A DNA stretch of 64,000 bases from an uncultured Bacillales bacterium. GTDB taxonomy: Bacteria; Bacillota_I; Bacilli_A; RF39; UBA660. A model generated the notes under the pieces. It was not told the origin of the DNA. It searched no databases and worked only from the letters and a program-made list of their open reading frames with translations. The position numbers were made by a program, and so were the translations under genes. The stretch is taken from contig CAMOWA010000001.1 of assembly GCA_946628005.1 (NCBI GenBank), positions 36,140 through 100,139 on the forward strand, in the 5' to 3' direction. Positions 50,343 to 60,518 of the stretch are shown here, piece by piece (position 1 is the stretch's first letter; every line of letters begins with the position of its first letter).

Positions 50343-51623
50343 TTATTCATTTTTTAATTCTTCAAACATTTTTCTCATAGTTTCAGAGTTTCTTGTCAAT
50401 TTTTGAATTGTTAAATCTTCTGCTTTATTATTTGCTAATCTTAAATTATCATCTGTTTTTAATAGATTTTCTTTCGTTTTTTGCAAGTGATCTATTGTTT
50501 TGTCAATTTCTTCTATTGCTTTTTTAAATCTTTCGGAAGCAAGTCGATAATTTCTTGAGAATCCTTCTTTAAAATGATTCATGTTTTCTTCAAAATGAGA
50601 TATATCAATGTTTTGATTTTTTATATATTCTAATTCTTTTTTATATTCAAGTGAATTCATAGCTAAATTTCTTATTAGTGTTATCATTGGTATAAAAAAT
50701 TGAGGCCTTATTACATACATTTTTTCATATTTATGTGACATATCTACTATGCCATTATTATAATAATCATTATCTGATTCTAAAAGAGAAACTAAAACCG
50801 CATATTCGCATTTTTTTTCTCTTCTATCTTTATCAAGTTCTTTTAAGAAATCTTCATTTTTATGTTTAGTTGCTGTTTCATCCGCTTCATTTTTCATTTC
50901 AAACATAATTGATACAAATTCATTGTTATTTTCATCATAATCTCTAAATATAAAGTCTCCTTTTGACCCAGTTTTTGCATCATTATCTTTTTCAAAATAA
51001 CAATTTTTAAATAGTGGTCTTAATGTATTAAACTCATTTTGACAATGTACTTCTAAAGACTCTCCTATCATTTTAGTGGATTGCTTTGCTTTAAAATCTT
51101 TATAATAAGCAATTTGCTCATCTTTCGTTTTTATTTTTTCTTCATAACTTTCTTTTAAATTTTTTTCTAATAATTCTGCTTCTTTTTTTTGAATTGTTAA
51201 TTTTGAATTTAAATTATCCATCTCTTTTTCTTTTTCATAAAGAGCATTTTGAATAGCTAGTTTATTTTCACTTTCTGATATCTTTATTTTTGATTCTAAA
51301 TCTTTTATTATTTTTTCTTTTTCATTTATTGATTTTATATATTCTTTTTCTAAAGAATTTTTTGTATTTTCTTCTTTTAATTTTAATTCATTTTTTAAGT
51401 TATTTATTTCTAAATCTTTTGATTGTAACTCATCTTTTAGTTTTTTTTCTAACTTAGCTTCTGCTAATTGAATAGAATTATTCTTATCCTTTTTAAATTC
51501 TTCTTCCAATCGTTTTATTTCTTTTTCTAGTTCATGATCTCTAATTTGCTTTACAATTGATTCATAGTCTGTCTCATTTATTTGGAAAACAGTACCACAT
51601 TTTGGACATTTTATTTCATTCAT
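50343..51623 (-). CDS. DUF2130 domain protein
   Basis: IKCPKCG, KMIGESLE, KGDFIFRD, IMFEMKNE. Confidence 0.88.
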   Translation of the reverse strand: MNEIKCPKCGTVFQINETDYESIVKQIRDHELEKEIKRLEEEFKKDKNNSIQLAEAKLEKKLKDELQSKDLEINNLKNELKLKEENTKNSLEKEYIKSINEKEKIIKDLESKIKISESENKLAIQNALYEKEKEMDNLNSKLTIQKKEAELLEKNLKESYEEKIKTKDEQIAYYKDFKAKQSTKMIGESLEVHCQNEFNTLRPLFKNCYFEKDNDAKTGSKGDFIFRDYDENNNEFVSIMFEMKNEADETATKHKNEDFLKELDKDRREKKCEYAVLVSLLESDNDYYNNGIVDMSHKYEKMYVIRPQFFIPMITLIRNLAMNSLEYKKELEYIKNQNIDISHFEENMNHFKEGFSRNYRLASERFKKAIEEIDKTIDHLQKTKENLLKTDDNLRLANNKAEDLTIQKLTRNSETMRKMFEELKNE

Positions 51624-51637
51624 TGTTATCTCCTTTT

Positions 51638-51973
51638 CTATTCTGTTTCGATTGCTATAACACCATATTTTTCTTGTTCTTCTTTTGGATAATATATTTC
51701 AAGTTCTTCTAATATATTATCTTCTTCATTATAGCCAAGAATTTCTTTATTATAATTTTTAATTAACTCTTCAAAATTTTTATAACTATAAAGATTTATG
51801 ATTTTTTTTGATATAACTTCTTTTGTTTTTCTGTTTTCAAATTCTATTGTATCTCCAACTTTAATTTTACTTCTTTTTTCATCTTTTATTCTCATTTCTA
51901 TTTTCTTTTTACCATTTTTAATTTTTTGAAATGGTTCATCATGTAAATGCATCTTTATTATCATAAATATCAC
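51638..51973 (-). CDS. ASCH domain protein
   Basis: F..IKNGKKKIEMR..DEKR..IKVGD. Confidence 0.85.
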   Translation of the reverse strand: MIFMIIKMHLHDEPFQKIKNGKKKIEMRIKDEKRSKIKVGDTIEFENRKTKEVISKKIINLYSYKNFEELIKNYNKEILGYNEEDNILEELEIYYPKEEQEKYGVIAIETE

Positions 51974-52065
51974 TTTTTCCTATTTATTTTTTTTACCTTA
52001 ACATTAGTTTTATCATTTGTCAAATTTAACTAATAATAAAAGAATAGGTTTTATCCACCCATTCA

Positions 52066-53424
52066 TTATTTTATAGCTTCCATAATTTGTTTGGCAGCTT
52101 TTTTTCCAGCCTCCATTGCAAGAATAACTGTTGCTGCACCTGTTACGGCATCTCCTCCAGCATATACTTTATCTAGAGAGGTTTTTGCTTCTTCTACTAT
52201 GATAAGCCCTTTTTCATTTAGCTTAATATTACTTTCTTTTAAGGCTGAATGATTTGGACTAGTTCCAAGAGCCATAACTACCATATCACAGTCTAATGTA
52301 TGAGTTGAGCTTTCATCTGGAATAACATTTCTGCGACCATCTTCCCCTGCTTCTGTTAGAATCATATTTACAACTTCCATACCAGTTACATTATTGTTAT
52401 CATCAGTTAATATTTTTGTTGGGTTTGTTAGTAAGTCAAACTGTATTTCCTCATCCATTGCGTGTTCTACTTCCATTTTTCTAGCAGGTAGTTCTTCTAA
52501 ACTTCTACGATACAAAATATGAGCATCTACTCCAAGTCTTTTTAGAGAGCGAACAGCATCCATTGCAACATTTCCACCACCAATTACATATGCCTTTTTT
52601 GCTTTTTTTATTGGGGTTTTTGATTCTTCTTTATATGCTCCCATTAAATTAATTCTTGTTAAAATTTCGTTTGCAGAAAAGACTCCGTTTGCATCCTCTC
52701 CTGGTATTCCCATAAATTTTGGAAGTCCAGCTCCTGTTCCTAGAAAAACTGCATCATACTCTTTTTGTAGTTCTTCTAATAGAATTGTATTTCCAACCAA
52801 AACGTCTGTTATTATTTTTACTCCAAGTTTTTCTAAGGATTCCACTTCTTTTTTTACGATTCTTTTTGGTAGTCTAAATTCTGGAATTCCATATGTTAAA
52901 ACTCCTCCTGCTTTTTGTAATATTTCATATATTGTAACATCATATCCTTCTTTAGCAAGGTCCCCTGCACAAGTAAGACCAGCTGGTCCACTTCCTACGA
53001 TTGCTACTTTTTTACCGTTTTTTTCTTTCTTAATTGGTGTATTTAAATTATTTAATATTGCTTGATCAGCAACATATCTTTCTAATGATCCAATTGATAT
53101 TGCGTCTCCCTTAAAGCCTTTTATACACATTGCTTCACATTGTTTTTCTTGAGGACAGACTCTTCCACATACTGCTGGAAGTGAAGATGATTTTGATATT
53201 ATTTGATAAGCTTTTTCTATGTTTTCTTCTTTGATTGCTTGAATAAATTCTGGAATTTCAATAGAAACAGGGCAACCTTTCATACATCTTGGATTTTGAC
53301 AATGTAGGCAACGAGAGGCTTCTTTTTGTGCTTCTTCTTTTGTGTATCCTAACTCTACTTCTTCAAAATTATGAATTCTATTTGAAGCATCTTGAATTTT
53401 TCCTCTTACTTTTTCATCATTCAT
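52066..53424 (-). CDS. nfnB: NfnB/SudA (GltD-like flavo-Fe-S subunit)
   Basis: RCLHC..P.C..GCP, CGRVCPQE.QCE, GSGPAG, GGGNVAMD, GAATVILA; paired with nfnA. Confidence 0.85.
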   Translation of the reverse strand: MNDEKVRGKIQDASNRIHNFEEVELGYTKEEAQKEASRCLHCQNPRCMKGCPVSIEIPEFIQAIKEENIEKAYQIISKSSSLPAVCGRVCPQEKQCEAMCIKGFKGDAISIGSLERYVADQAILNNLNTPIKKEKNGKKVAIVGSGPAGLTCAGDLAKEGYDVTIYEILQKAGGVLTYGIPEFRLPKRIVKKEVESLEKLGVKIITDVLVGNTILLEELQKEYDAVFLGTGAGLPKFMGIPGEDANGVFSANEILTRINLMGAYKEESKTPIKKAKKAYVIGGGNVAMDAVRSLKRLGVDAHILYRRSLEELPARKMEVEHAMDEEIQFDLLTNPTKILTDDNNNVTGMEVVNMILTEAGEDGRRNVIPDESSTHTLDCDMVVMALGTSPNHSALKESNIKLNEKGLIIVEEAKTSLDKVYAGGDAVTGAATVILAMEAGKKAAKQIMEAIK

Positions 53425-54274
53425 TTTCTAATCCTCCTAAAGATTTTTTCATTTGAGCCCATTTTTCTTTTTCTTCTTCTTTATAAATATTCATTCTTTT
53501 TAAAGCTAGGTCAAAATTTATTTTATGCCCATCAAATTCAGGGCCATGGATACAGGCAAATTTTGGCTTTCCATCTACTTCACATCTACATGCTCCACAC
53601 ATTCCACTTCCATCTACCATTAATGGATTCATACTTACTATTGTTTTTTTATTATATTTTTTAGTTAATTCAGCAACATTTTTCATCATGATTACTGGAC
53701 CTATTGCTACAACGATATCGTAATCATTTATATTTTTTTCTAAGATATCTGTAACAAAACCTTTTGTTCCAAAAGATCCATCATCTGTTGCATACCTTAT
53801 CTTGTGAGCAACTTTTTCAATTTTATCTCTTATCAGTAATAAATTAGCACTTCTTGCTCCGTATATCACATCTATATTTAGCCCTTTTTCATTTAAATAT
53901 TTTACTTGGGGATATACTGGAGCAATCCCTACTCCTCCAGCAACATAACATATTCTTTTATCTTTAAACTCTTCCGTATTTAAACATATTTCATTAGGAT
54001 TTCCTAAAGGTCCTGCTACACTATATAATTCATCTTTTATAGTTTTTAATTCTTCAGTTGATGCTCCTACTACTTGATAAATAAGTGATAGTTCTCCTTT
54101 TTCTTTATCATAATCATATATTGTTAATGGAATTCTTTCACTATCTTCTTTTCCCATAACAATTACAAATTGTCCTGGTATACAGTTTTCAATTACTAGT
54201 GGAGCATTTATAATCATTTCATATGAATTTTCACTTATTTTCTTATTACTAATTATCTTATACACTATTATCAC
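53417..54274 (-). CDS. nfnA: NfnA/SudB (FNR-like, 2Fe-2S subunit)
   Basis: PGQFV..ERIPLT, GGVGIAP, MVDGSGMCGACR, CIHGPEFD. Confidence 0.88.
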   Translation of the reverse strand: MIIVYKIISNKKISENSYEMIINAPLVIENCIPGQFVIVMGKEDSERIPLTIYDYDKEKGELSLIYQVVGASTEELKTIKDELYSVAGPLGNPNEICLNTEEFKDKRICYVAGGVGIAPVYPQVKYLNEKGLNIDVIYGARSANLLLIRDKIEKVAHKIRYATDDGSFGTKGFVTDILEKNINDYDIVVAIGPVIMMKNVAELTKKYNKKTIVSMNPLMVDGSGMCGACRCEVDGKPKFACIHGPEFDGHKINFDLALKRMNIYKEEEKEKWAQMKKSLGGLENE

Positions 54275-55057
54275 CTATTCCTTTATTTTTTTCTTTTTTA
54301 TTAAATTTTCAATTTTTTGAAAATATTTTTGATCAACTGTAAATAGTAAATATATAATTCCCAATATTATAGATATTATATTAAAAGTAAATATCATAAC
54401 TATACTTGTTGCAATAGCTAGATATTTTGCATATTTATTTTTTTGTTTATATAAATATATACATGTTCCTAATAATATTACTTGTAAGATAGATAAAAAA
54501 ATATCAAATTTTGTTACAATAACTGCTCTTCCTATTTTTTGAAAAAATATAGAATTTAGTATACTTAGTATCATAATAATTATTGTAACAATGATTGCCT
54601 TTTTTAAAAATTTTTCATCATTATAATCATTTTTAATCTCTAGCATTGATTCGTTTCCAATATATCCATATTGGTTTTGAAAAGCTTTATCATTTATTAT
54701 TTGTTCTTCTTTCTTTTCTTTTTGAAGCTCACTATCATTAATTTTTACAACTGGTTCCCATTTAGCTCCTTGTGAACTGATTGTAATTCCACAATATACT
54801 TCTAAATTTGGATTATTCATTGCTTGTTTTATTTTTTCAGAATACATAATTGCTGCATTCATTACTTGTTGGTCATAGTTAAAGTTAAGTCCCTTAAAGA
54901 AGACTATTTTATTACCCATTATAAACCCTCTTATTACTTGTTCAAAATCATTAGGATTTCCTCCTAGTGAAATAAACCACTCTCTATGATCCATTGTTGA
55001 GTTTTGTAAAAATTGTACATTTCCATTAATAATCATAAACTGAATTTTATTATCCAC
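54275..55057 (-). CDS. Hypothetical membrane protein
   Basis: Soluble N-domain (MDHREWF, IRGF) plus 3-4 C-terminal TMs; GTG start. Confidence 0.65.
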   Translation of the reverse strand: MDNKIQFMIINGNVQFLQNSTMDHREWFISLGGNPNDFEQVIRGFIMGNKIVFFKGLNFNYDQQVMNAAIMYSEKIKQAMNNPNLEVYCGITISSQGAKWEPVVKINDSELQKEKKEEQIINDKAFQNQYGYIGNESMLEIKNDYNDEKFLKKAIIVTIIIMILSILNSIFFQKIGRAVIVTKFDIFLSILQVILLGTCIYLYKQKNKYAKYLAIATSIVMIFTFNIISIILGIIYLLFTVDQKYFQKIENLIKKKKIKE

Positions 55058-55178
55058 CCTATCACCTCTATTCTTTATTATTATACAAAAAATAATAATT
55101 CATTTCTACTTTTCTTTTTAAAAAAATAATCTTTCTTTTTGAACTGTAACAATTTTTTTATTTTTTTTTGAAAAACAA

Positions 55179-55207
55179 TTGACACGATATATATGGTTTG
55201 ATATAAT
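55179..55207 (+). promoter_or_regulatory. Consensus sigma-A promoter of tRNA-Ala
   Basis: TTGACA-17-TATAAT with TG extension. Confidence 0.85.
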
Positions 55208-55240
55208 TTATTTACTTGCTGATGAGGAAAAGTGAGTTAT

Positions 55241-55316
55241 GGGGCATTAGCTCAGCTGGGAGAGCGCCACGTTTGCACCGTGGAGGTCAGCGGTTCGATC
55301 CCGCTATGCTCCACCA
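55241..55316 (+). tRNA. tRNA-Ala (UGC)
   Basis: Cloverleaf, CCACG-TTTGCAC-CGTGG anticodon arm, G3:U70, CCA end. Confidence 0.97.
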
Positions 55317-55411
55317 TTAGAAAAGTAAAGGACTTGAGAAAAGTCTTTTTTATTTTGTTATGTATCTAGCAAGAAACCTTGCAAAAACTTAAAAAGGGAA
55401 TACTCTACTTT

Positions 55412-55483
55412 CACATGTTGAGTACTCACGTGTATTGGTTAGCGCTTAATCAACGCTAGTAAGTTGAGTGCTGTTTCTTTTTA
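55412..55483 (+). ncRNA. Putative antisense antitoxin RNA
   Basis: TTGCAA-16-TACTCT promoter, two hairpins, U-tract; overlaps the 3' UTR of the toxin-like gene. Confidence 0.5.
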
Positions 55484-55493
55484 TAATTCATTA

Positions 55494-55568
55494 TCATTTA
55501 AATAAATGAAGAATAAGTAAAATGATGAAAATGATTAATGATAGAATTAATAAATCTTTCTTAGTCAT
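55494..55568 (-). CDS. Type I toxin-like hydrophobic peptide (24 aa)
   Basis: MTKKDLLILSLIIFIILLILHLFK*; SD GGAGG sequestered in CCTCC-AAAA-GGAGG. Confidence 0.7.
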   Translation of the reverse strand: MTKKDLLILSLIIFIILLILHLFK

Positions 55569-55793
55569 TTTCATCCCCTCCTTTTGGAGGTAAGCATTCA
55601 ACTATTAAATATTTCTAATTATATTAGGCTAAAAATATTTTCTATAATCAATGGGATATATAATTAGAAATAGTTCGATAAATATTCTAAATATCCACCA
55701 TTTGGAAATTTAAAGAACTACTTAGTTTTTTTTATTTAAAAAATTATTGAAACTCGCTCTCCTATCATGTTATAATTAGTTTGTTATTTATAT

Positions 55794-55867
55794 GCCGATG
55801 TAGTTTAGTGGTAAAACAGATCCTTGGTAAGGATCAGCGGTAAGTTCAATTCTTACCTTCGGCACCA
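55794..55867 (+). tRNA. tRNA-Thr (GGU)
   Basis: GATCC-TTGGTAA-GGATC anticodon arm, GTTCAA T-loop, CCA end; one U-U mismatch in the acceptor stem. Confidence 0.92.
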
Positions 55868-55972
55868 TTGGGAAATTTGTCCAAACTTTTTAAAGTTTTG
55901 GACTTAATATAGAAATATCAATTTCTAAAAGAAGTTGGTATTTTTTTGTTAATTAAAGAAAGGACAGGTTAA

Positions 55973-56209
55973 ATGATTAATATTGTAAAGAAAAAAATAG
56001 AGTTTGATGATGAATTAAAAAAGAAAATAGAGTTTATATGTGGATTTTGTAATACTACACCAACAATAATAAATGGTAATATAAGAAAGATTGATAGAAC
56101 TAATCTATCATATATTGAACCACATAGGATAATTATTAAAGGAATAACCATTTTAGCCTTTAATTATTCAAAACCTATATATTTAGGTAATTTATCAAAC
56201 AAACTTTAA
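55973..56209 (+). CDS. Hypothetical protein, probably 3'-truncated
   Basis: SD GAAAGGA; runs directly into a yhcG fragment. Confidence 0.5.
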   Translation: MINIVKKKIEFDDELKKKIEFICGFCNTTPTIINGNIRKIDRTNLSYIEPHRIIIKGITILAFNYSKPIYLGNLSNKL

Positions 56210-56211
56210 AT

Positions 56212-56613
56212 AAACCTAGTGATATAGTAAAACAACCTTATGTATTTGAATTTTTAGCTGTAAAAGAACCCAAGCCACTTTTAGAAAAAGATTTAGAATA
56301 TAAGTTAATAAGACACATTGAAGATTTTTTGCTTGAATTAGGTAAAGGATTCATGTTTGTTGGATTGCAGCAACGAATAACTCTTAAAACAGAAAATTTA
56401 GGTCAAATGAATTTATACTTAAATTATTATGAAAATGCCGTTAATAGTGAAGATGATGGCAAACCAATAGGTATAATATTATGTGCTGAAAAAGATAATG
56501 TAATGTTAGAGTATGCCTTAGGTGGTTTATCTAATAATATATTTGCATCAACTTATACTTACTACATTCCTAATAAAGAACAATTAATTAGTGAAATTGA
56601 AAAAGTACTATAA
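56212..56613 (+). pseudogene. YhcG/DUF1016 PD-(D/E)xK nuclease remnant
   Basis: KQPYVFEFL...FLLELGKGFMFVG.QQRITL joined directly to LGQMNLYLNYY...PIGIILC; N-terminus and catalytic core are missing. Confidence 0.8.
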
Positions 56614-56799
56614 GGAAATGAAAAATAAGTTTAATACTATAATATTATTGTTTAAATCTATTTATATTCATTTTGGGTTAATCAACTAAATTATATACAT
56701 GTAAATTTCATTAAAAGAGTATGAAAAAATAATTTTTTTTGATATAATGCTTATAATAAATAGGTTTATAAGGTTAATCTATAGATTTGGAGTGAAGTT

Positions 56800-57696
56800 A
56801 TGAGTGTTGAAGAACTAGAAGTATTAAGAAAAAAAGCAAGAAATATTGTATTAATAGGAGTTTTAATAAGTATAGTAATTGCCATTATATTATTTATTAC
56901 ATTACAATCTCCTTATATTTCATTTTTTGCTTTTATTTTTGGTACAATTGTAACTACCAAAATTAATATAAAGCCTACAAAAAGGTTTACATTAGCATTT
57001 AAAGAAGCATTTGTTTTAAAATCCCTTAAATCTGTTTTTACCGATTTAGTTTACGAGCCAGAAAAGGGATTAGATGAATCTATAATAAGTAATACAGGAA
57101 TGATGGATATGGGTGATAGATATTCATCTAATGATTATATTTCTGGTAAATATAAAAATATTAATGTTGTTCAATCTGATGTCCATATTGAAGAAGAACA
57201 TGAAACAACTGATAGTGATGGTAATACTACAACGACCTGGGTTACAATTTTTAGAGGAAGATGGATGATATTTGATTTTAATAAGTGTTTCAAAGCAAAT
57301 ATCCAAGTATGTCAGAAAGGTTTTGGGAATTCTAGATTAAGTAATTGGGGTGCAAAAATAAAATATAAGAAAGTTATGATGGAAGATCAAGTATTTAACA
57401 ACAGTTTTAGAACATATGCACAAGATGAGCATGATGCATTTTACATTTTAACTCCATCATTAATGGAAAAAATTAAGAAATTAGCAAGCAATATTTCTGG
57501 TAAACTGTTATTTTGTTTTATTGATAACAAACTACATATAGGAATACAAAATAATAAAGATTCATTTGAACATGGTATATTTACTAAAATAAATGAAGAA
57601 AAGGTTACTAACGAGATTTCACAAGATATAAAACTAATTACAAATTTTGTGGATGAATTGAGTTTAGATAACGATTTATTCAGAAGGGAGGTGTAG
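56800..57696 (+). CDS. DUF3137-like membrane protein
   Basis: Two N-terminal TMs; SNDYISG, TIFRG, AFYILTPSLME; coupled to lemA. Confidence 0.75.
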   Translation: MSVEELEVLRKKARNIVLIGVLISIVIAIILFITLQSPYISFFAFIFGTIVTTKINIKPTKRFTLAFKEAFVLKSLKSVFTDLVYEPEKGLDESIISNTGMMDMGDRYSSNDYISGKYKNINVVQSDVHIEEEHETTDSDGNTTTTWVTIFRGRWMIFDFNKCFKANIQVCQKGFGNSRLSNWGAKIKYKKVMMEDQVFNNSFRTYAQDEHDAFYILTPSLMEKIKKLASNISGKLLFCFIDNKLHIGIQNNKDSFEHGIFTKINEEKVTNEISQDIKLITNFVDELSLDNDLFRREV

Positions 57697-57697
57697 T

Positions 57698-58246
57698 ATG
57701 AATCCATTATATATTTTAATTGCAGTAGTTGTAATTATACTTATTTTTGTAATATGGTATATATCAACTTCTAATAAATTAAATAGATCAGTTGTAAAAA
57801 TTGATGAGGCACTTTCAGGAATAGATGTTGCTTTAACAAAAAGATATGATGTTTTAACAAAAATGATTGATGTTGTTAAATCGTATACAAAGCATGAAAA
57901 AGAAACTTTATTCGAAGTAATTAATCTTCGTAAAGATATGTCTATAAAGGAAAGAAATGATGCAAATCGTGCTATGGATGAAAATTTTAAAAAAATTAAT
58001 GTTGTAGCTGAAAGTTATCCAGAATTAAAATCAAGCGAAAACTATAAGACATTACAACAATCTATAGCAGATGTAGAAGAACATTTACAAGCAGCAAGAA
58101 GACTTTATAATTCAAATATTTCATTATATAATCAATTATTAGTTTCATTTCCAACTAGTAGCATTGCCAAAAGTAAAGGAATGACTAAAAAAGAATTCTT
58201 TGAAGCAGATGAAGTAAAAAAAGAAGATGTAAAAATAGACTTATAA
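57698..58246 (+). CDS. lemA: LemA family protein
   Basis: IDVALTKRYD, ESYPELKS, ARRLYN, SFP. Confidence 0.93.
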   Translation: MNPLYILIAVVVIILIFVIWYISTSNKLNRSVVKIDEALSGIDVALTKRYDVLTKMIDVVKSYTKHEKETLFEVINLRKDMSIKERNDANRAMDENFKKINVVAESYPELKSSENYKTLQQSIADVEEHLQAARRLYNSNISLYNQLLVSFPTSSIAKSKGMTKKEFFEADEVKKEDVKIDL

Positions 58247-58484
58247 AGAATAAAAGATAATTTAGAAATAAACTAAATTATTTTTTTGTCATAAAATATT
58301 AATTAGGGAATAAATATTTTTCTTCAAATTATATATATGTTATTCCAAATATTTATTTACTAATTAATTAGTAATTTAAGTTATACATGTAAACTTAATG
58401 TAAAACATTATATATTTCTATAAATTAATCTTTATTATTAAAATGTGATGTTATAATGTATACAAGATTCTTGAGGTAATTTGT

Positions 58485-59672
58485 ATGAGTAAAAATAAAA
58501 AAGAAAATGTAAATCGGAAAGGCCTTTATCAAAGTTTTATTATTATTCTTGCCATCTTTATTATATTGTTTACCATTTTTGATAATACTGGTGATAGAGT
58601 CTTAATTAAAGAAGAAAAAAACACTGCTTTAAAATACATTTATAAAAAATACAAAATTAAACCAAAAATTGTGTCTAGTAATGTTGATAAAGCCTGTGAA
58701 CAATCCGGCTTCTTAAATTTCACTTGTGAAGATACCTACTATGGCGTAATTTATATCTTGAAATACAAAAATAAAAAATTTAGAGTTTATGTACCATATT
58801 CCTATTCGACTACTAGTTTTGATTATCCTAAAGACGATTATCAACTTGATGAGATAAGACAAGAATTTGTAAAACAAATTAGTAAAATAATTGGTGCAAC
58901 TCCTTATGATTTTAATGTTAACTTCGTTAATGATAATGGGAATTTTGCTGATGATAGTAATTTGTTTAGAGATTATTATGATGGAAAAAATATTGAAAAT
59001 TTAATAAAGAATTATGATGAAATAAGATTTACGTTTAAATATATTAATAATGTAGACTTGTTAAATGTTAGTGAATTTGGCTCATTTTCAAAAAAAATGC
59101 TTGGTACATTTGTTCAATTCAATTCATTAGAAGATTTTAAAGAAAATAAGAAATATCAGGATTCTTCTTTGTATGATTATGGTGATCCGTTATTCATAAA
59201 AGATGTACTTAAATTTAGTTATGGGAAAGTAGAAAGTTATTATAATTATGGCAATATAAAGAAATTATCGTTGCCTTATGTAATAGAAGGCACTCATGCG
59301 TATGAAGCATTTAGAAAATCAAATGGCTTTATATCAAAATCTAATAATAAAAGTATTATTAATATTAATGATAATCCTGCTTTGATTTCACCTATATATA
59401 TAGTTGATTTTCCAGATGATAAATTACTACGAAATGATTATAATAATATTTATATTTATTTAAAGAAAGAGGAAATAGAAAATTTTAAAGAAAATGAATT
59501 ATCACAATATAAGATAGCTAAGATTAGTTTTATTAATGATAATAAAAAAATATCATATTATCAAACATTTGAAGAAATAGGTGATTATTTAAGACTAAGA
59601 TTTCATTATGATAGTAATATTGACAAACTACAAATTGTACTGATAAAACCATCTTCATCAGTTCAAGATTAG
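58485..59672 (+). CDS. Hypothetical membrane-anchored extracellular protein
   Basis: N-terminal TM; ALKYIYKKY, KDDYQ. Confidence 0.65.
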   Translation: MSKNKKENVNRKGLYQSFIIILAIFIILFTIFDNTGDRVLIKEEKNTALKYIYKKYKIKPKIVSSNVDKACEQSGFLNFTCEDTYYGVIYILKYKNKKFRVYVPYSYSTTSFDYPKDDYQLDEIRQEFVKQISKIIGATPYDFNVNFVNDNGNFADDSNLFRDYYDGKNIENLIKNYDEIRFTFKYINNVDLLNVSEFGSFSKKMLGTFVQFNSLEDFKENKKYQDSSLYDYGDPLFIKDVLKFSYGKVESYYNYGNIKKLSLPYVIEGTHAYEAFRKSNGFISKSNNKSIININDNPALISPIYIVDFPDDKLLRNDYNNIYIYLKKEEIENFKENELSQYKIAKISFINDNKKISYYQTFEEIGDYLRLRFHYDSNIDKLQIVLIKPSSSVQD

Positions 59673-59789
59673 TTGGGAAAATGATGATGGACATCTTCTC
59701 GAGATTGTATAAAACTATTAATTTTTAAATGTATTATTGTGTTTTTCTTAATCATATCTATGAGTGATTAATAGAAATCTCATGTTGAT

Positions 59790-60518
59790 TTAAAAACATT
59801 TATATTTTCTTCTTAAATAATCTTTTTCTAATTCATATTTATTATTTATATTTAGAATATGTTTTCTATTTCTATAGAAGTTGTTTTCATTTTTTATAAT
59901 ATTTGTTTTTTTAAATTTATAATTATTTAGATATCTTTCTAGTAAAAATTTATTATATATATAATAAATTTTATTTTTTTCTTTGGTTATTATTAATACT
60001 AATAAAATTATAAATATATAATTATTAATATATGTTTTATTACTCATAAAAAATATAGTAAATGTAATAAAATAACTTAATATAATTACTATTTTATAAC
60101 TAATTTTATATGGGAATATTTTTTGTAGGAGAACATTTACTATTTTTCCTCCATCTAATGGATATATTGGTAATAGATTAAATAATAATATTCCACTATG
60201 ATATACTTTTATTATTTTAATATAATATGGAAATAATACACTTAATAATAAATATGCTATTTGTTGAAATATAGGACCCATCATTAATATTATTAATTCT
60301 TTTATTGGATGTATATTTAAATTAGATTCTACTACGGATATTCCACCTAATGGATATAAGTAAATATGTTTTATTTTTAGTTTAAAAAGATAAGAAAAAA
60401 GTATATGTCCACATTCATGTATAATAATTAGAGAATATATTATAATAAATTCTTTAAATGATCCGGTTAAAAACATAATTACTATAAAGATATAAACTAG
60501 TGGATTTATTTTAAACAT
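59790..60518 (-). CDS. spoIVFB: SpoIVFB-like M50 intramembrane protease
   Basis: HECGH, MGP, FNLLPIYPLDGG, FLLERY; follows the M23-fold gene. Confidence 0.82.
   Translation of the reverse strand: MFKINPLVYIFIVIMFLTGSFKEFIIIYSLIIIHECGHILFSYLFKLKIKHIYLYPLGGISVVESNLNIHPIKELIILMMGPIFQQIAYLLLSVLFPYYIKIIKVYHSGILLFNLLPIYPLDGGKIVNVLLQKIFPYKISYKIVIILSYFITFTIFFMSNKTYINNYIFIILLVLIITKEKNKIYYIYNKFLLERYLNNYKFKKTNIIKNENNFYRNRKHILNINNKYELEKDYLRRKYKCF

Noticed and set aside
50343-51973. ASCH plus DUF2130 as a defence system
   Set aside because: Both are common stand-alone genes, and there is no supporting defence or mobility context here.
52066-53424. Glutamate synthase annotation
   Set aside because: No large subunit nearby; pairing with the FNR-like gene indicates NfnAB.
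55868-59789. Intact prophage or integrative element at tRNA-Thr
   Set aside because: No integrase, phage genes or duplicated tRNA 3' end seen.
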